A program made the position numbers and the translations under genes. This document shows, one piece after another, positions 1-13,718 of a stretch of 64,000 nucleotides of DNA. Under the pieces are notes generated by a model. It saw only the letters and a program-made list of their open reading frames with translations. It did not search any database and was not told the origin of the DNA. Every line of letters starts with the position of its first letter. Position 1 is the stretch's first letter. The DNA comes from Octopus vulgaris (taxonomy: Eukaryota), in NCBI GenBank assembly GCA_951406725.2, contig OX597824.1:70184001-70248000 (forward strand), read 5' to 3'.

Positions 1-12
1 TTTTGTTTCTCA

Positions 13-289
13 GGAGGGTCATTACGCCAATAATAAACACACGCACTGGTTCAGTTTCACTTCGTTATTAGTATTCCTCTTTTGATTAACTATTTAACCA
101 GCTAACTAACTGATTGTTTCACTAGCGGACCTTGAGTAGAGAGGACATGTCATTTGAGGAGAGTTGAATGGCGACGCAAGAACTTACGGAAACACAACTG
201 ATTAATTAGTTAGTTAAATAGCTAACCAGTTAAATAAAAAAGTGAAACTGAATCAGTGCATGTGTTTATTATTGGCGTAATGACCCTCC
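13..289. mobile_element. MITE-like foldback element
   Basis: ggagggtcattacgccaataataaacac..gcactg.ttcagtttcactt (13-62) is the near-perfect reverse complement of 239-289. Looser inverted similarity continues inward. Confidence 0.75.
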
Positions 290-571
290 AGGAATACGAC
301 AAAACACTAAAAAATCTTCCTTTTAAAGAAATTAAGAAATTACTACAGAGGTGACACACGATGTGGTATGAGCAAACACCCCAGAAGACAACAACAAAAA
401 CAACAAAAAAATATGATTGACTGTCTGACTGCTTTCTTTTGTATTCACTCAGAAAGGAACAATGTGATTTCTTAAACATTTCAAATTCAAAGAGCAATTT
501 CCAAGGAAGAACCAAAAGAATATTTTGACGGAATTTGAATTAAGATTAATGTCAAAAATATTCTTTTCTGC

Positions 572-702
572 CCTAGGCACAAGGCCTGATATTTTAAGGA
601 GGGGGCCAGTCGATTAGATCGTCCCCAGCGCGCAACTGGTACTTGATTTATCGACCCCGAAAGGATGAAAGGCAAAGTCGACCTCGGCAGAATTTGAACT
701 GA
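572..702 (-). mobile_element. tRNA-derived SINE family A, 3' part
   Basis: Reverse complement of the family A core gagttcaaattc.gccgaggtcgactttgcctttcatcctttcggggtcgataaa. Confidence 0.85.
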
Positions 703-819
703 TTAATGTTAAAATAACTTGCTTTTTTGTCTTTTTGCTTTGTTGTCTTTTTTTTTTGGTGAAAACAAACTTGTACACACATACACACACACACACATAT
801 GTATGCTTGTATGTATATA

Positions 820-963
820 TGAGGACGCATGGCCTAGTGGTTAGGGTGTTGCACTGACGACCTAGCGATCGTGATTTCAATTCCTAGACCTGGTGTTGCG
901 TTGTGTTCTTGAGCAAAACGCTTCATCTCTCGTTGCTCTGCGATCACCTCGACACCTGACGCG
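820..963 (+). mobile_element. tRNA-derived SINE family D-like, 5' part (head duplicated at 1150-1238)
   Basis: A-box tggcctagtggttag, B-box-like gatttcaattcc, then gttgtgttcttgagcaaaac as in other family D copies. Confidence 0.75.
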
Positions 964-965
964 AG

Positions 966-1115
966 CTATACGACGAGCTTCTTTCAGTTTCGGTCTAACA
1001 AATCCACTCACAAGGTTTTGGTCAGCCCGAGGCTATACTAGAAGACACTTACCCAACGTGCTACGTACGGACTAGACCTGGAACCATGTGGTTGCTAAGC
1101 AAACTACTTACCACA
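966..1115 (-). mobile_element. SINE family B, 5' half
   Basis: Reverse complement of gtgtggtaagtag.ttgct..caaccacatggttcc...tggtagacggaaactgaaagaagc. Confidence 0.85.
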
Positions 1116-1242
1116 CACACACATATATATGTATGCTTGTATGTATATATGAGGACGCATGGCCTAGTGGTTAGAGTGTTGCACTGACGACCTAGCGATC
1201 ATGATTTCAATTCCTAGACCTGGTGTTGCGTTGTGTTCGTTG

Positions 1243-1407
1243 TGAGTTCAAATTCCGCCGAGGTCGACTTTGCCTTTCATCCTTTCGGGGTCGATTAAAT
1301 AAAGTACCAGTTTCGTCACTGGGGTCGATGTAATCGACTTAATACCTATGTCTGTCCTTGTTTGTCCCCTCTGTGTTTAGCCCCTTGTAGGTAATAAAGA
1401 AATAGGT
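1243..1407 (+). mobile_element. SINE family A, 5'-truncated
   Basis: Family A core plus tail tgtccttgtttgtcccctctgtgtttagccccttg...aataaagaaatagg. Confidence 0.85.
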
Positions 1408-1741
1408 ATATGTATATGCTTATGCGCGTGTATATGTTTACGTTTGTACGTATATGCGTATATGTGTGCGCGTGTGCGGTTGCGTGTGCGAGTGCGTATG
1501 TGTGTGTACATGTGTCTATATATTGATATGTATATACGACTGTATGCCTGTATGTTTGATGCGAATAATAGCGAAAGAAACACGTAAGCAAACGTCTGCT
1601 TGTTGCTAATTACAGCAAAATAGTTAATAACAATAATAACATCAACAACAACAACAATAATGAAAAATAAAAGCAATAACCACAATAACAACAACAAAAA
1701 AAAAAACAACAACAACAACAACAACAACAATAATAATAATG

Positions 1742-1783
<42 letters not shown>

Positions 1784-2059
1784 CAACAACAACAATAATA
1801 ATAATTAAATAAATAAATGTACAAAACCTATTAGTAAGACATTTTTTAATGATAAGTAAATTACCGCATTTAATGGGCCTAAGTTTCTTGCCTCTAATTT
1901 CCGTGGCAATATTTCTTTCTACACGCCGCTCCACATCAGCCCACCCACCCTCACTCACTCACTCCTACATCACGCCCACTTCTGTTCACGCCACCAACTC
2001 CTTTGGCTACCATGATATGTGTGTGTGTGTGTGCGCGCATATGTGTATGTATGCACGTG

Positions 2060-2103
<44 letters not shown>

Positions 2104-2144
2104 TATATATATATACATATATATATATACATATATACATATAC

Positions 2145-2189
<45 letters not shown>

Positions 2190-2231
2190 TATATGTATAT
2201 ATATATATATATGCATATATATGTACATGTA

Positions 2232-2292
<61 letters not shown>

Positions 2293-3001
2293 GTACATCT
2301 ATACCACCACACATATACATACACATGCACAAACACACGCAGTCACGTACATATGTTTATAGTTTTTCTTCTTCAAATCTATCGCCTCCACCACCAGCCC
2401 CACCACTACCAATCAGAATCGGCATCATAAGCATCATCACCACCATCATCATCATTGTTGTCCACATCACCACCACTGCCATCATCAACATCGTCGTCGT
2501 CGTCGTAGTCGTCGTCGTCGTCGTCGTCGTAGTCGCCGTCGTCGTCGTGGTCGTCTTCTCTTTCAACTTCCAGTGAGCGACTGGCGGCCGTGGCTTTGTC
2601 ATCTTCGTAGGTCTCGTCAGTTGATTATAGGTTATTAAAACCCCACCAGCGCACGCAAGCGTACACATACACACACACACACACGCACACGCACACACAC
2701 ACACACACACATACACACGCATACATTCACACAAACACATTCGTCTACGCACACGTACATACACAGACAAATTTATACGTTGGGGACGGGACAGACTGGT
2801 ATGATGGAAAGTATTGGAGGGTAATGTGAAAGCAGAGTTGGACTTCCATTCCTGTCGCTATGTATACATGTATACTTGTGCGTGTGTGTGTGTATACAGA
2901 TATACATTCACGCATATATGTGTATATACACATATATATATATATATACATATACATATACATATATATATATATACATTTACATATATATATAGAGAGA
3001 G

Positions 3002-3003
3002 AT

Positions 3004-3083
<80 letters not shown>

Positions 3084-3090
3084 GATAGAT
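3002..3090. repeat. (TAGA)n microsatellite
   Basis: Direct read. Confidence 0.95.
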
Positions 3091-3255
3091 CCATGGACGA
3101 GTTCTCTCCAGCGGTCCTTGTCCCTCATCATCTCTGGCCGAAATTGCGAGGATGATCCGGTTCTTGACTGAAGATTGAAGGCTTCGAATGTCCCGTCCGT
3201 GTTTTTTGTATCGTCTTCTAAATGTTTAACGTTCTTGTCCCAGTTTGTATTTTTC

Positions 3256-3302
<47 letters not shown>

Positions 3303-3309
3303 ATTTTTC

Positions 3310-3366
<57 letters not shown>

Positions 3367-3846
3367 AGAGAGAGAGAGAGGGAGTCTATATGAGAGATTC
3401 TCTCGAAATAAATAACGCAGTATTCTGTGTTCTGGCACAACCTCCCAGTTAAATTGGACATATATATTACCTTTTGGTAACAGTCGCTATTAATTATTTT
3501 ATAATAAACCCACTGGCTATTTGTGATACCAGTCCCCGAATCGACACTGAGATTCTATATATCTTTGGCTGGAGAATTGGCTATGCTGTCGCTGCTGGAC
3601 ATCTGTGACTGAGGAAGCTCTTGTAGGTTGAAATTCCGTGATCTGGCAGTTCTGACGGCCGTACCAGCCGATTTTCGTCTGTCAATGATATCATTTCGAG
3701 TGCGTTTATGCGCCACAAGTCCATGTGAGATGTCCTTTCAAGGTGAAAAAAAACAAAAAACGCCTTATTCTCTGTTCTAACAACATCTACGTTAAGTTGG
3801 AAATCAAGAATTCCGTCTGGTATTAATCCTACTTCTATCTCTATTA

Positions 3847-3890
<44 letters not shown>

Positions 3891-3893
<3 letters not shown>

Positions 3894-4282
3894 TTATATA
3901 TAAAACTAAAGTTGTGTGTCTGCCTCCTACGATTTAGATTCCTAACTACTCCCACATTTTGCGGTGCAGTTTAACCAAAACCGGGTATCTTATAGTCGTG
4001 ATTCATATCGAGCCCTTCTGGGTATTAGCGTCTACGATGAGTCTACGATTCAAAAAAAATTTACCATCATTTTTTTCCATTTTAATGCATTTTTTCGCTA
4101 TTATATAAGGGAAGTAACTCTCTAAAAATGTCTACGATGAGTCAACGATTAAAAAAAAATTTACCATAATTTTTTTTCCATTTTTAATGCATTTTTTGCT
4201 ATTTTTTTGGCTATAACTCTATAAAAATGCTTATATAGTTATTTCCCTTACAAACCCGAGCAACACCGGGCGATACTGCTAG
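3891..4282 (+). mobile_element. Non-autonomous Helitron
   Basis: Inserted A|TC...CTAG|T. Subterminal hairpin cccgagcaacaccggg lies ~10 nt before CTAG. Internal ~100 bp tandem duplication (tctacgatgagtc... at ~4031 and ~4131). Confidence 0.75.
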
Positions 4283-4290
4283 TATATATG

Positions 4291-4492
4291 TTTACCTCGT
4301 GAAGACCACTCGCGTTTTTTTCCCTCTGTCCTCCCACCTCGGGATCTTTCTTTCTCTTATGTTTCCGACGAAGAGCTCCGCTCGAAATGTCATACCCTCC
4401 TTCTTCCCTTTTTTCCTCAGCGCCTAATAATAATACTTTAATTGTTCCACCTCTTTGCGTTGTTGTCTTTTCTGTTTTCTTGTTTGGATTAA

Positions 4493-4494
<2 letters not shown>
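4291..4494 (+). mobile_element. Penelope-like pLTR-type short module next to (TA)n, with hammerhead-like motif
   Basis: CCGACGA-A-GAGC-TCC-GCTC-GAAA at 4365-4387. Layout is shared with the 25980-26186 family. Confidence 0.5.
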
Positions 4495-4549
<55 letters not shown>

Positions 4550-4624
4550 AATATAATTCTGAAGTATTGAGGATCTGATCAAAGACTTGCAATTTAAAAA
4601 AATAAGTAAAAGCTTTCCAAATAT

Positions 4625-4995
4625 AACCAAGAGCACTCAGAGAGCACAAACCTCCGTCAAGGCAACACCAACGTCCTCTCAACGATTAGCCGGAGATGAT
4701 GTTTTAAAATGGGAATATCTGAAATAAACTCGGCTGCCCTCACAAACGAGAATACTAAAAATGAACCCGATCGCTCTTAAAAATTAAGTAAAAAAAAAAG
4801 CCGGGTAAATAATCCAGAATCCTTGTCCGGTACTAGATCGACCCCAAAATCTAATCAGTACGTGCCAGTCACAAGGCCAAACATCCCTGAAAATTTCATC
4901 CGAGTCCATCCAGTGGTTCTTGAGATGTCTTGTCCACGGACAAACAAACACTACTGGAAACAACACCTCCACCTTAGCGAAGGCGGAGGTAATAA
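4625..4995 (-). mobile_element. Helentron-associated non-autonomous element (HINE/DINE-like)
   Basis: Minus strand starts ttattacctccgcc..aggtggagg (palindromic subTIR), has a gtttgtttgtcc tract, and ends ttgacggaggtttgtgctctctgagtgctcttggtt (second subTIR and hairpin). Confidence 0.7.
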
Positions 4996-5137
4996 AGTTG
5001 AAGTTTACAAAAATAAACATTGTTTTCCATCTTACTGTTAGTTTTTGTTTCATTTCAAAAAATGAAAATTTATTTTATGATATATATTATTGTTTATGTG
5101 TCAAGTTTCATCGACGGTAAACTGTTAGAATTTTTAA

Positions 5138-5485
5138 GCACGCCGGGCGAAATGCTTAGCAGTATTTCGTCTGCCGCTACGTTCTGAGTTCAAATTCCGC
5201 CGAGGTCAACTTTGCCTTTCATCCTTTTGGGGTCGATAAATTAAGTACCAGTTACGCACTGGGGTCGATACAATCGACTTAATCCGTTTGTCTGTCCTTG
5301 TTTGTCCTCTCTGTATTTAGCCCCTTTCGTCAGTCTTCACGTTCTGCGTACAAATTCTGCTGAGGTTGACTTTGCCTTTTATCCTTTCGGGGATCGATAA
5401 AATAAGTACCAGTTGACTACTGAGGACGATGTAATCGAGTAAAACCCTTCCCCAAATTTCATGCCTTGTGTCTATAGCAGCAAGG
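5138..5485 (+). mobile_element. Two tandem SINE family A copies with different 3' tails
   Basis: Core repeated at ~5185 and ~5350. First tail tgtccttgtttgtcc, second tail cccaaatttcatgccttgtg. Confidence 0.85.
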
Positions 5486-5544
5486 ATATTTCGAATTACA
5501 TATCATATAGGTCTTAATCAGGCCCTGAGAATAAGTTTATATTA

Positions 5545-5906
5545 GAGGAAGCACTCCGTCGGTTACGACGACGAGGGTTCCGGTTGATCCGAATCAACGG
5601 AACAGCCTGCTCGTGAAATTAACGTGTAAGTGGCTGAGCTCTCCACAGACATGTGTACCCTTAACGTAGTTCTCGGGGATATTCAGCGTGACACAGAGAG
5701 TGACAAGGCCGGCCCTTTGAAATACAGGTACAACAGAAACAAGAAGTAAGAGTGAGAGAGAGTTGTGGTGAAAGAGTACAGCAGGGATCACCACCAGTTT
5801 TAGGTGTTTTCGCTCAATAAACACTCACAACGCCCGGTCTGGGAATCGAAACCGCGATCCTATGACCGCGAGTCAGCTGCCCTAACCACTGGGCCATTGC
5901 GCCTCC
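5545..5906 (-). mobile_element. Full-length tRNA-derived SINE family C
   Basis: Minus head ggaggcgcaatggcccagtggttaggg...ggtttcgattcccagacc. 12-bp target-site duplication aagtttatatta at 5533-5544 and 5907-5918. Confidence 0.9.
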
Positions 5907-6425
5907 AAGTTTATATTAAAACAAAACATAAGGAATAGATCAGTTCAAATTGCATGAACCGAGAACAGCTGAATATATATATTTTTGTTCTAATTTAATT
6001 GACTCACAAAATATTCAACATTTTTCGTTTAATATTCAAATTTTTAAGCATATGCACTCAGACACACCTACTTATACTTATATGTAACTATAAATATATT
6101 TGTCTATATTTCTATATTTATATATATATATATTAGATATATAAGTATATATGCAGATATATGTGTATATGCATATATATAATTATAGGCATATATGTAC
6201 GTTCACACATACATACATTCCACACGCAAACACAGCAGATAAAGATAGAAGCAATTAGTAAGAGAGATGTCAATAACAGTAAAATGATTAGTAGGTTTAT
6301 TTTTTTAGGATTGTTGTTGTTGCTGCTGTTGTTGTAGTTGTTTTTTCTTTATTGCCATGAAGGTCATCTGAAGAAGTATGATACTCCGTAAAAACTCTGA
6401 GTAATTGGCCAAAGCCATTACGCAC

Positions 6426-6503
<78 letters not shown>

Positions 6504-6814
6504 GCTATGTATGTGTATATGTGTGTGTTTGTATATATATATATATATATTATTTATTATTTATTATTTTTTATTATTTTATCTAGTTTCAGCTCACGAG
6601 CTGTGGCCATGCTGGGGCACATATATATCCACACACACACACGCTCGCACTTTCACACACACACACATATACACACGTATATAAATACATATATTTATAT
6701 ATAAAATCTAGCTATGTATATTTTTTACTAATATATATGTATTTATGTATACATATGGAAATAACATGTATATATGTTTATGTATATATATATATATATT
6801 ATATATATATATAT

Positions 6815-7026
6815 AACGGGAAGCTTTATGAAAATAAACAAAAGACGAAGGCAGGTGGAATACAAACAAACAATTGTATTAGTATGGCGCTCAGGAATAT
6901 AAATAAAACAAGTCTTTTACGTTTCGAGCCTACGCTCTTCAATAGAAAGATACACAGAAAAGAAACACGGAGAGAAACAAGGAGAGAAAAAAAATGCGTG
7001 CAGAAGCTAGCGAATCAACATGGCGA
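6815..7026 (-). mobile_element. (TA)n-embedded ~210 bp Penelope-like module, reverse copy of 25980-26186
   Basis: Near-identical reverse complement of 25980-26186, flanked by TA repeats. Confidence 0.7.
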
Positions 7027-7430
7027 TATATATATACACACACATAAATACATATAGATTTATGTGAATGTAAGTCTGTATGTATTTATATATATAATAT
7101 GCATACATACACACACACACATGTAAACGAAGAAATAGAGAAGCAGTTAGTTAGACAGATGTCAATAACAATACACTTGAAAATTTCTGCTTGGATGGGT
7201 AGCATACGTGGATGATTATATACTTATCTGCTTTGTGTATATATATATATATATATATATATACATACATACACATACATGCATACATACATACATACAT
7301 ACATACATACAAGTGTGTATAATATATATTACGACCACTTGCTGTGGCACTAATTCGGCTTATGAACACACGATATACACACACACACGCATACAGATGT
7401 CTATACACAAAAATATACACTTAGATAGAC

Positions 7431-7478
<48 letters not shown>

Positions 7479-7848
7479 CACATCCAGGGCCTCGATCTCA
7501 AGAGATTATTGTCGGTGAACACAAGAGAAAGAAACGGTGAGAAGACTAAGTCAACGAGAAAAGGATAAGAAGAATACACAAGGGAAGGAGAGAGAGAGTG
7601 ACGGACATAGATAGAGATAGAGAGAGATTGAGAGAGAGAGAGAGGGGGTGAGGGACAGAGAGAGAGAAGAGAACAGAGCGAGGTTGTGGTGGTGGTGGTG
7701 GTGGTTATGGTGACGGCGATGGAAGTGTAGAGGGTGTTTATTGCCAATGGCGCGTTCAATCACATTACCTCTGATCGGCTGCTTACGGGTCTAAATGACA
7801 CAACGTTTATTTTATCAGGCAATTATTTAATGTGCGGTGAGTATCACT

Positions 7849-7894
<46 letters not shown>

Positions 7895-8105
7895 TACACA
7901 CACACATACACAGATACACATGTCCATATATGGTGAATACCCTTTTATTCTTTTGTTGTGTAAGTTAGAGCTAAAAAGCAGGCGGATTCAGACATGCAAA
8001 GAAGTACATCTTTACCGTTAAATAAACAGGTTGAATAAACGGATAAAGCCGGATTAGAGATTTACGGTTTTAGATAGATGTATTGTGGCTTACATACATA
8101 CACAT

Positions 8106-8137
<32 letters not shown>

Positions 8138-8173
8138 GTGTCTGTATAAATGCATACATGTATTTATATGTGT

Positions 8174-8395
<222 letters not shown>

Positions 8396-8506
8396 CATGC
8401 ACACACATATACAAACATACATGCTTATGTGTGTGTGTATGTGTGTTATTGCATGAAGGATTTTGAACACTTCATCGTAAAAATTTGTAGTCTGTTCGTC
8501 TTAATG

Positions 8507-8530
8507 TGACGTCAAGGTTACATGACGTCA
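8507..8530. promoter_or_regulatory. Pair of perfect CRE palindromes (TGACGTCA)
   Basis: TGACGTCA at 8507-8514 and 8523-8530 in unique sequence. Function is not shown. Confidence 0.4.
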
Positions 8531-8629
8531 TATGCTTGCAGTTGTTGTTGTTGCTGTTACGACAGCGTCGTAAGTTAAATGATCCGAGAGCATGTTTCAG
8601 TATAGTAGTGAGACTGTTTGTGCCATTAA

Positions 8630-8771
8630 CGATGATGATGATGATGCCGACCACGACGACGATGACGACCACGACGACGATGACGATAACGATGATGATG
8701 ATGATGATGATGCCGACGACGACGACGACGACGATGACGATGATGACGACGACGACGACGACGACGACGAC

Positions 8772-8823
<52 letters not shown>

Positions 8824-9060
8824 GTGGTGATGATGATGATGGTGATGGTGATGGTGATGGTGATTGTGATGATGATGATGATGATGCCGACGACGACGAC
8901 GATGACGATGATGACAACGACGACGACGATGACGACGACTACGATGACAATGATGACGACGACGACGATGATGACGACGACGACGACGACGACGACGATG
9001 ATGATGATGATGATGATAATGATGATGATGATGATGATGATGATGATAATGATGACGACT
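8630..9060. repeat. (GAT/GAC)n compound trinucleotide tract
   Basis: Direct read. Confidence 0.95.
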
Positions 9061-9084
9061 ATGGTGTTGTTATCTGAAACAGTA

Positions 9085-9305
9085 AGGCAGCGAGCTGGCA
9101 GAAACGTTGGCACGCCGGGCGAAATGCTTGCCCTTTACTCTCTCTCTCTCTCTTTACCAACCTTTCGCATTCTGTGTCACACTGAATCTCCCTGAGAACT
9201 ATGTTAAGGGCACACGTGTCTGTGGAGTGCTCAACCACTTGCACTTGCACTGTGAATCAGATCGGATCAACTGGAACCCTCAACGCCGCAACCGACGGAG
9301 TGCCG
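9085..9305 (+). mobile_element. Chimeric SINE: family A head joined to family C body
   Basis: ggcagcgagctggcagaaacgtt... (A head, to ~9130) is followed by tgtgtcacactgaat..ccctgagaacta.gttaaggg.acacgtgtctgtggagtgctca (C body). Confidence 0.7.
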
Positions 9306-9430
9306 GTAAGACATATCTAGCAGTGTATAGCTTTGCTCGGGAGTAGAAGGAGTCCTGTTAAGATGGACCCCTGCATCATACACAACACTATGACCTCCTA
9401 TCTGTAGTAAATATATTTGCTAGAAGGAAA

Positions 9431-9594
9431 AGGCGTAGGAGTGGATGTGTGGTAAGTAGCTTGCTTACCAGCCACATGGTTCCGGGTTCAGTCCCACTGC
9501 GTGGCACCTTGGACAAGTGTCTTCTACTATACCCTTGGGCTGACCAAAGCCTTGTGAGTGCATTTGGTAGACGGAAACTGAAAGAGGCCTGTCG

Positions 9595-9689
<95 letters not shown>

Positions 9690-9900
9690 GTGTGTGTGTG
9701 CGTGTGTGTGTTTGTGTGTCTGTGCTTGTCCCCCCAACATTGCTTGACAATCGATGCTGGTGTGTTTATGTCCCCGTAACTTAGCGGTTCGGCAAAGGGA
9801 CCGATAGAATAAGTACTAGGCTTACAAAGAATAAGTCCTGGGGTCGATTTGCTCGACTAAAGGCGGTGCTCCAGCATGGCCGCAGTCAAATGAATGAATA
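9431..9900 (+). mobile_element. Full-length SINE family B with internal (TA)n(TG)n
   Basis: tRNA-like head (gtgtggtaag...gggttcagtccc), internal microsatellite, tail ggcggtgctccagcatggccgcagtcaaatga. Confidence 0.9.
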
Positions 9901-10001
9901 CAATTCAAGTAAATATTCAAGATTTACAGCCTACTTCGTTTTTGTTTTGCAAGATTCTTGATATGAACACATGCGTTGAAACAAATCTTGTTGTGTCTTG
10001 A

Positions 10002-10331
10002 AAGACGCATAGCCCAGTGATTAGAGTGTCAGGCTCACAAACATGAAGTAGTGAGTTCGATTCCCGGACTGAGCTGTGTGTTGTGTTCTTGAGCAAGACA
10101 CTTTATTTCATGTCGTTCCAGTTCACTCACCTGTAGAAAAAAGTTGCGATGTCACTGTATCAGCCTTTGCCTTTCCCTTGGATAACATCAGTGGTGTGGA
10201 GAGGAGAAGCTGGTATGCATGGGCAACTGCTGGTCCTCAATAAGCAACCCTGCCAAGACTTGTGCCTCAGAAGGTAACTGTCTAGGTGCAATTATTCCCA
10301 TGGTCATTCGTGACCGAAGGGAGTCTTTACG
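10002..10331 (+). mobile_element. Full-length SINE family D
   Basis: A/B boxes (agcccagtgattaga; gagttcgattccc). Target-site duplication tgtgtcttg at 9992-10000 and 10333-10341. Confidence 0.88.
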
Positions 10332-11626
10332 CTGTGTCTTGGAATGATCATTACGACCATGACGATGTCGACGACAAAGTTGTTGCTATTATTGTTCTTG
10401 GTGGTGGTGGTGGTGGTGGGTACTGGAGGTGCCAGCCAGCATTAAAAGGAAAATGGTAAGTTATTATTTTCTGTTTTGTTTCTCTTAATGCACCGGTGTA
10501 AACCTTCCCTGCATGCTTTGCGATCAAATAAAGACAGCAAGAAGTCAACAAAGAAAAAGAAACAGGAAGGGAAGAGGCTGATTGTGTGTGCGTGTGTTTG
10601 CGTGTGTGTGTGTATGTATGTGTGTGTGTGTGTGTATACGCGTGAGTGTGTTTCTATGTGCATGTGTGTGTGAATGTGAATGCATGTGTGTGAGTGTATA
10701 CCGTACGCGTGGGTGTGAGAACACGGAAGGTCCAAGTATTACATACTTAGGTCAAAACACATGCAGACATACATATATACATGCATACATACACGCATGC
10801 ATGCATACACACATACATACCTATACGCATACAAATATATACATACACACGTGTATACAATCGTATGCTCATATACATGAATGCATATATACACGCTTAT
10901 TCACATATATCTAAGTACACTTGCATACATAAAAACATATACATACACATATATGCGCAAACGTAAGCACACACACACAATACACACACACACACACACA
11001 CACACAGATGTACGTACACATATACGCAAACACATACACAAACACACAATGAGAAACAGAGAGAGAGGAGGAGAGAAAGCAAGAAAGAGAGAAAAAGGAA
11101 GAGGGAGAGAGGGAGAGAGGAAAAAGGAGAGAGTTGTGAAACCGTTCTTTTGCTCGGTCAAGTGTGAAATATGAAGGCAAGCGGTCACGGTTGACAACAG
11201 AAATAGTTTATTAAGATTCCGAAGTGGTAATACTGTGTTACGAGTTGTAGTAGCGGTGATGGTAGAGTGGTCGTCGTTGGTGGTGTTGGTGGTAGTGGTG
11301 GTAGTGGTGGTCATGGTGGTGTTGCTGGTGATGTTGATGGTTAATGCGTTGGTGGTAGCAACACCAGTATTAGTTGAGGTGGTGGTTCATGGCGTTATTG
11401 TTGGTAGCGTTATTGGTCGCTTTGGTAGAGACTCGTAATGATGGTTGGTCGATGGTTGTGGTGGTGGTGGTGGTGGTGGTGGTGGTGGCGGCGGTGGTGG
11501 TGGTGGTGGTGGCGGTGGCGGTGATGATGGTTGCGGTGGTGGTGTCGAGCAAGGCATTTTGTTATCAATGCATAACTGACTATAAACAATACCATGTGTA
11601 TGCGATTGTGTATATGCATGTCTGTG

Positions 11627-11703
<77 letters not shown>

Positions 11704-12495
11704 ATGTGTGTGTGGGTGCAATCATTCATTGAAAAAGTAAATTTCATAAAAGATTTCCTTACAATGTACATGTGTGTATATATATACGTTTGTGCTTATG
11801 TATATACATATATATATATATATGTGTGCGTACGTGTGTGTGTGTGAATATATATTTATATATTTATATATACATATATATATATACAGACATATATATG
11901 TGTGTGAGTATATATATATATATATATATATACATACATACATATACACACATACATATGTATATACACACATATATACATATATACATACACCCATATG
12001 TGTAAGTATACATATATATGCGTGTGTGTGTATCTTAGTGTGTATGTATGTACGTATGTCCATAAGTGAATTTTGTATATGTGTATACATGCATGTATGT
12101 ATGTATGTTTGAATGCGATTGTGTATGAGTTTTTTGTACATAGCACACACATACAAACACACACGTGCGTGTGCATTTATATGTGTGTGTGTGTGTGAGT
12201 GTGTGTGTGTGTGTGTGTATGTGTGTGTGTGTGTGTGTGCTACGTAGCATTTAAGCTAATTGGACAGTAACAGATGAATGTGTGCGTTTCAGGGAAAGCG
12301 TTGTGCATTTTGTGTGTATCGGTGTGTATGCAGGTCGATCGGTGCAACGGTGCTGTGTACATACAATTATAAACTCATTCATGCAACTATTGACATTCAT
12401 TTAGTCATTCATTCATTCATCTCTGTATGCATTATATATTCATTCACACATTCACACCCTGGCACACACATACGCATACACACACAGGTATTCAG

Positions 12496-12536
<41 letters not shown>

Positions 12537-12551
12537 CATACATACATGCAT

Positions 12552-12613
<62 letters not shown>

Positions 12614-12795
12614 GTGTGTGTGTGTGCGTATTTTTTTTTTATTCTTCAAAGAATGGAGTAAGTGGAGCAAGAACACACACGGAAACGAAAAGTGTCGCTG
12701 AAGAGGTCACAGATGTGTGACGAAAGATTTCCGGACAATGGACAGGCATTAAAATAATAAAATAAGAAGAGTAAAAAGCGAGTGAAAAAAAACAT

Positions 12796-12833
<38 letters not shown>

Positions 12834-12856
12834 GCGTGTGCGTGTGCGTGTTTGTG

Positions 12857-12898
<42 letters not shown>

Positions 12899-12975
12899 CA
12901 CGTGTTCCTAGAGTACAGTATAGAGTCGTCCACCTTCAGAATAGCCCAGTACTATAGGTGGTGGTATTATTATAT

Positions 12976-13330
12976 ACGTGATCTCATTCTCGCCCACAAC
13001 ATCATAAGCGGAAAGTGTAACCTCTCGAAAGAGCTGTTCTTCACTCCTGCTCCAGAGCGTCGGCCGCGGGGTCATTCCGAAAAGCTCTACCTGCGACGAT
13101 TTCATCTCAATCGAAGGAGAGGAGCTTTCTCCGTCCGGGTTGCGCATCCGTGGAACAAGCTGCCAGACGAGATGGTGAAGATGCCGACGACCACTTTGTT
13201 CAAAGCCTCCCTTGACCTCAAGTGGCCTGAACTCTTTACATGAACACCACCCTGTACTTAACTCCATGTCCCCCTACATGGCCTTGCTATTTGCTTTTGA
13301 GCCAAATTAACTAACTAACTAACTAACTAA
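12976..13330 (+). mobile_element. 5'-truncated CR1/L2-type LINE 3' end
   Basis: DLILAHNIISG...RPRGHSEKL...RRGAFSVRVAHPWNKLPDEMV...FKASLD is the typical CR1-group ORF2 C-terminus. Short 3' UTR and (AACT)n tail. Confidence 0.88.
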
Positions 13331-13551
13331 AATTGGGCATCCGACGAGTGTGAATAGAAAAAAATATTGGACGGTTCTTTGTAAGCCTAGTACTTATTCT
13401 CTCGGGCTCGTCTGCACGGCTGGATACACCTGAACCAGTTTTTGTGTGTCCCACAATAGGAGTCGATGCTAGATGTATCGAAACAATTGTCGTGATTAAT
13501 AATATATTCTCGTATATTCCATCTTCTCTCTTTCATTTGTTATATATGTAT

Positions 13552-13718
13552 ATACGACGCGCTTCTTTCAGTTTCCGTCTACTAAATTCACTCACAAGGC
13601 TTTGGTCAGCCGGAGGCTATAGTAGAAGACACTTGTCCAAGGTGCCACGCAGTAGGACTGACCCTGGAACCATGTGATTGGGAAGCAAGCTTCTTGTCAC
13701 ACAGCCACGCCTGCGCCT
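13552..13718 (-). mobile_element. SINE family B, 5' half
   Basis: Reverse complement of the family B head. Confidence 0.85.

Noticed and set aside
5800-5906. tRNA gene candidates in A/B-box sequences (also 10002, 19613, 58900)
   Set aside because: They continue into SINE bodies with TSDs, and I could not build a complete cloverleaf.
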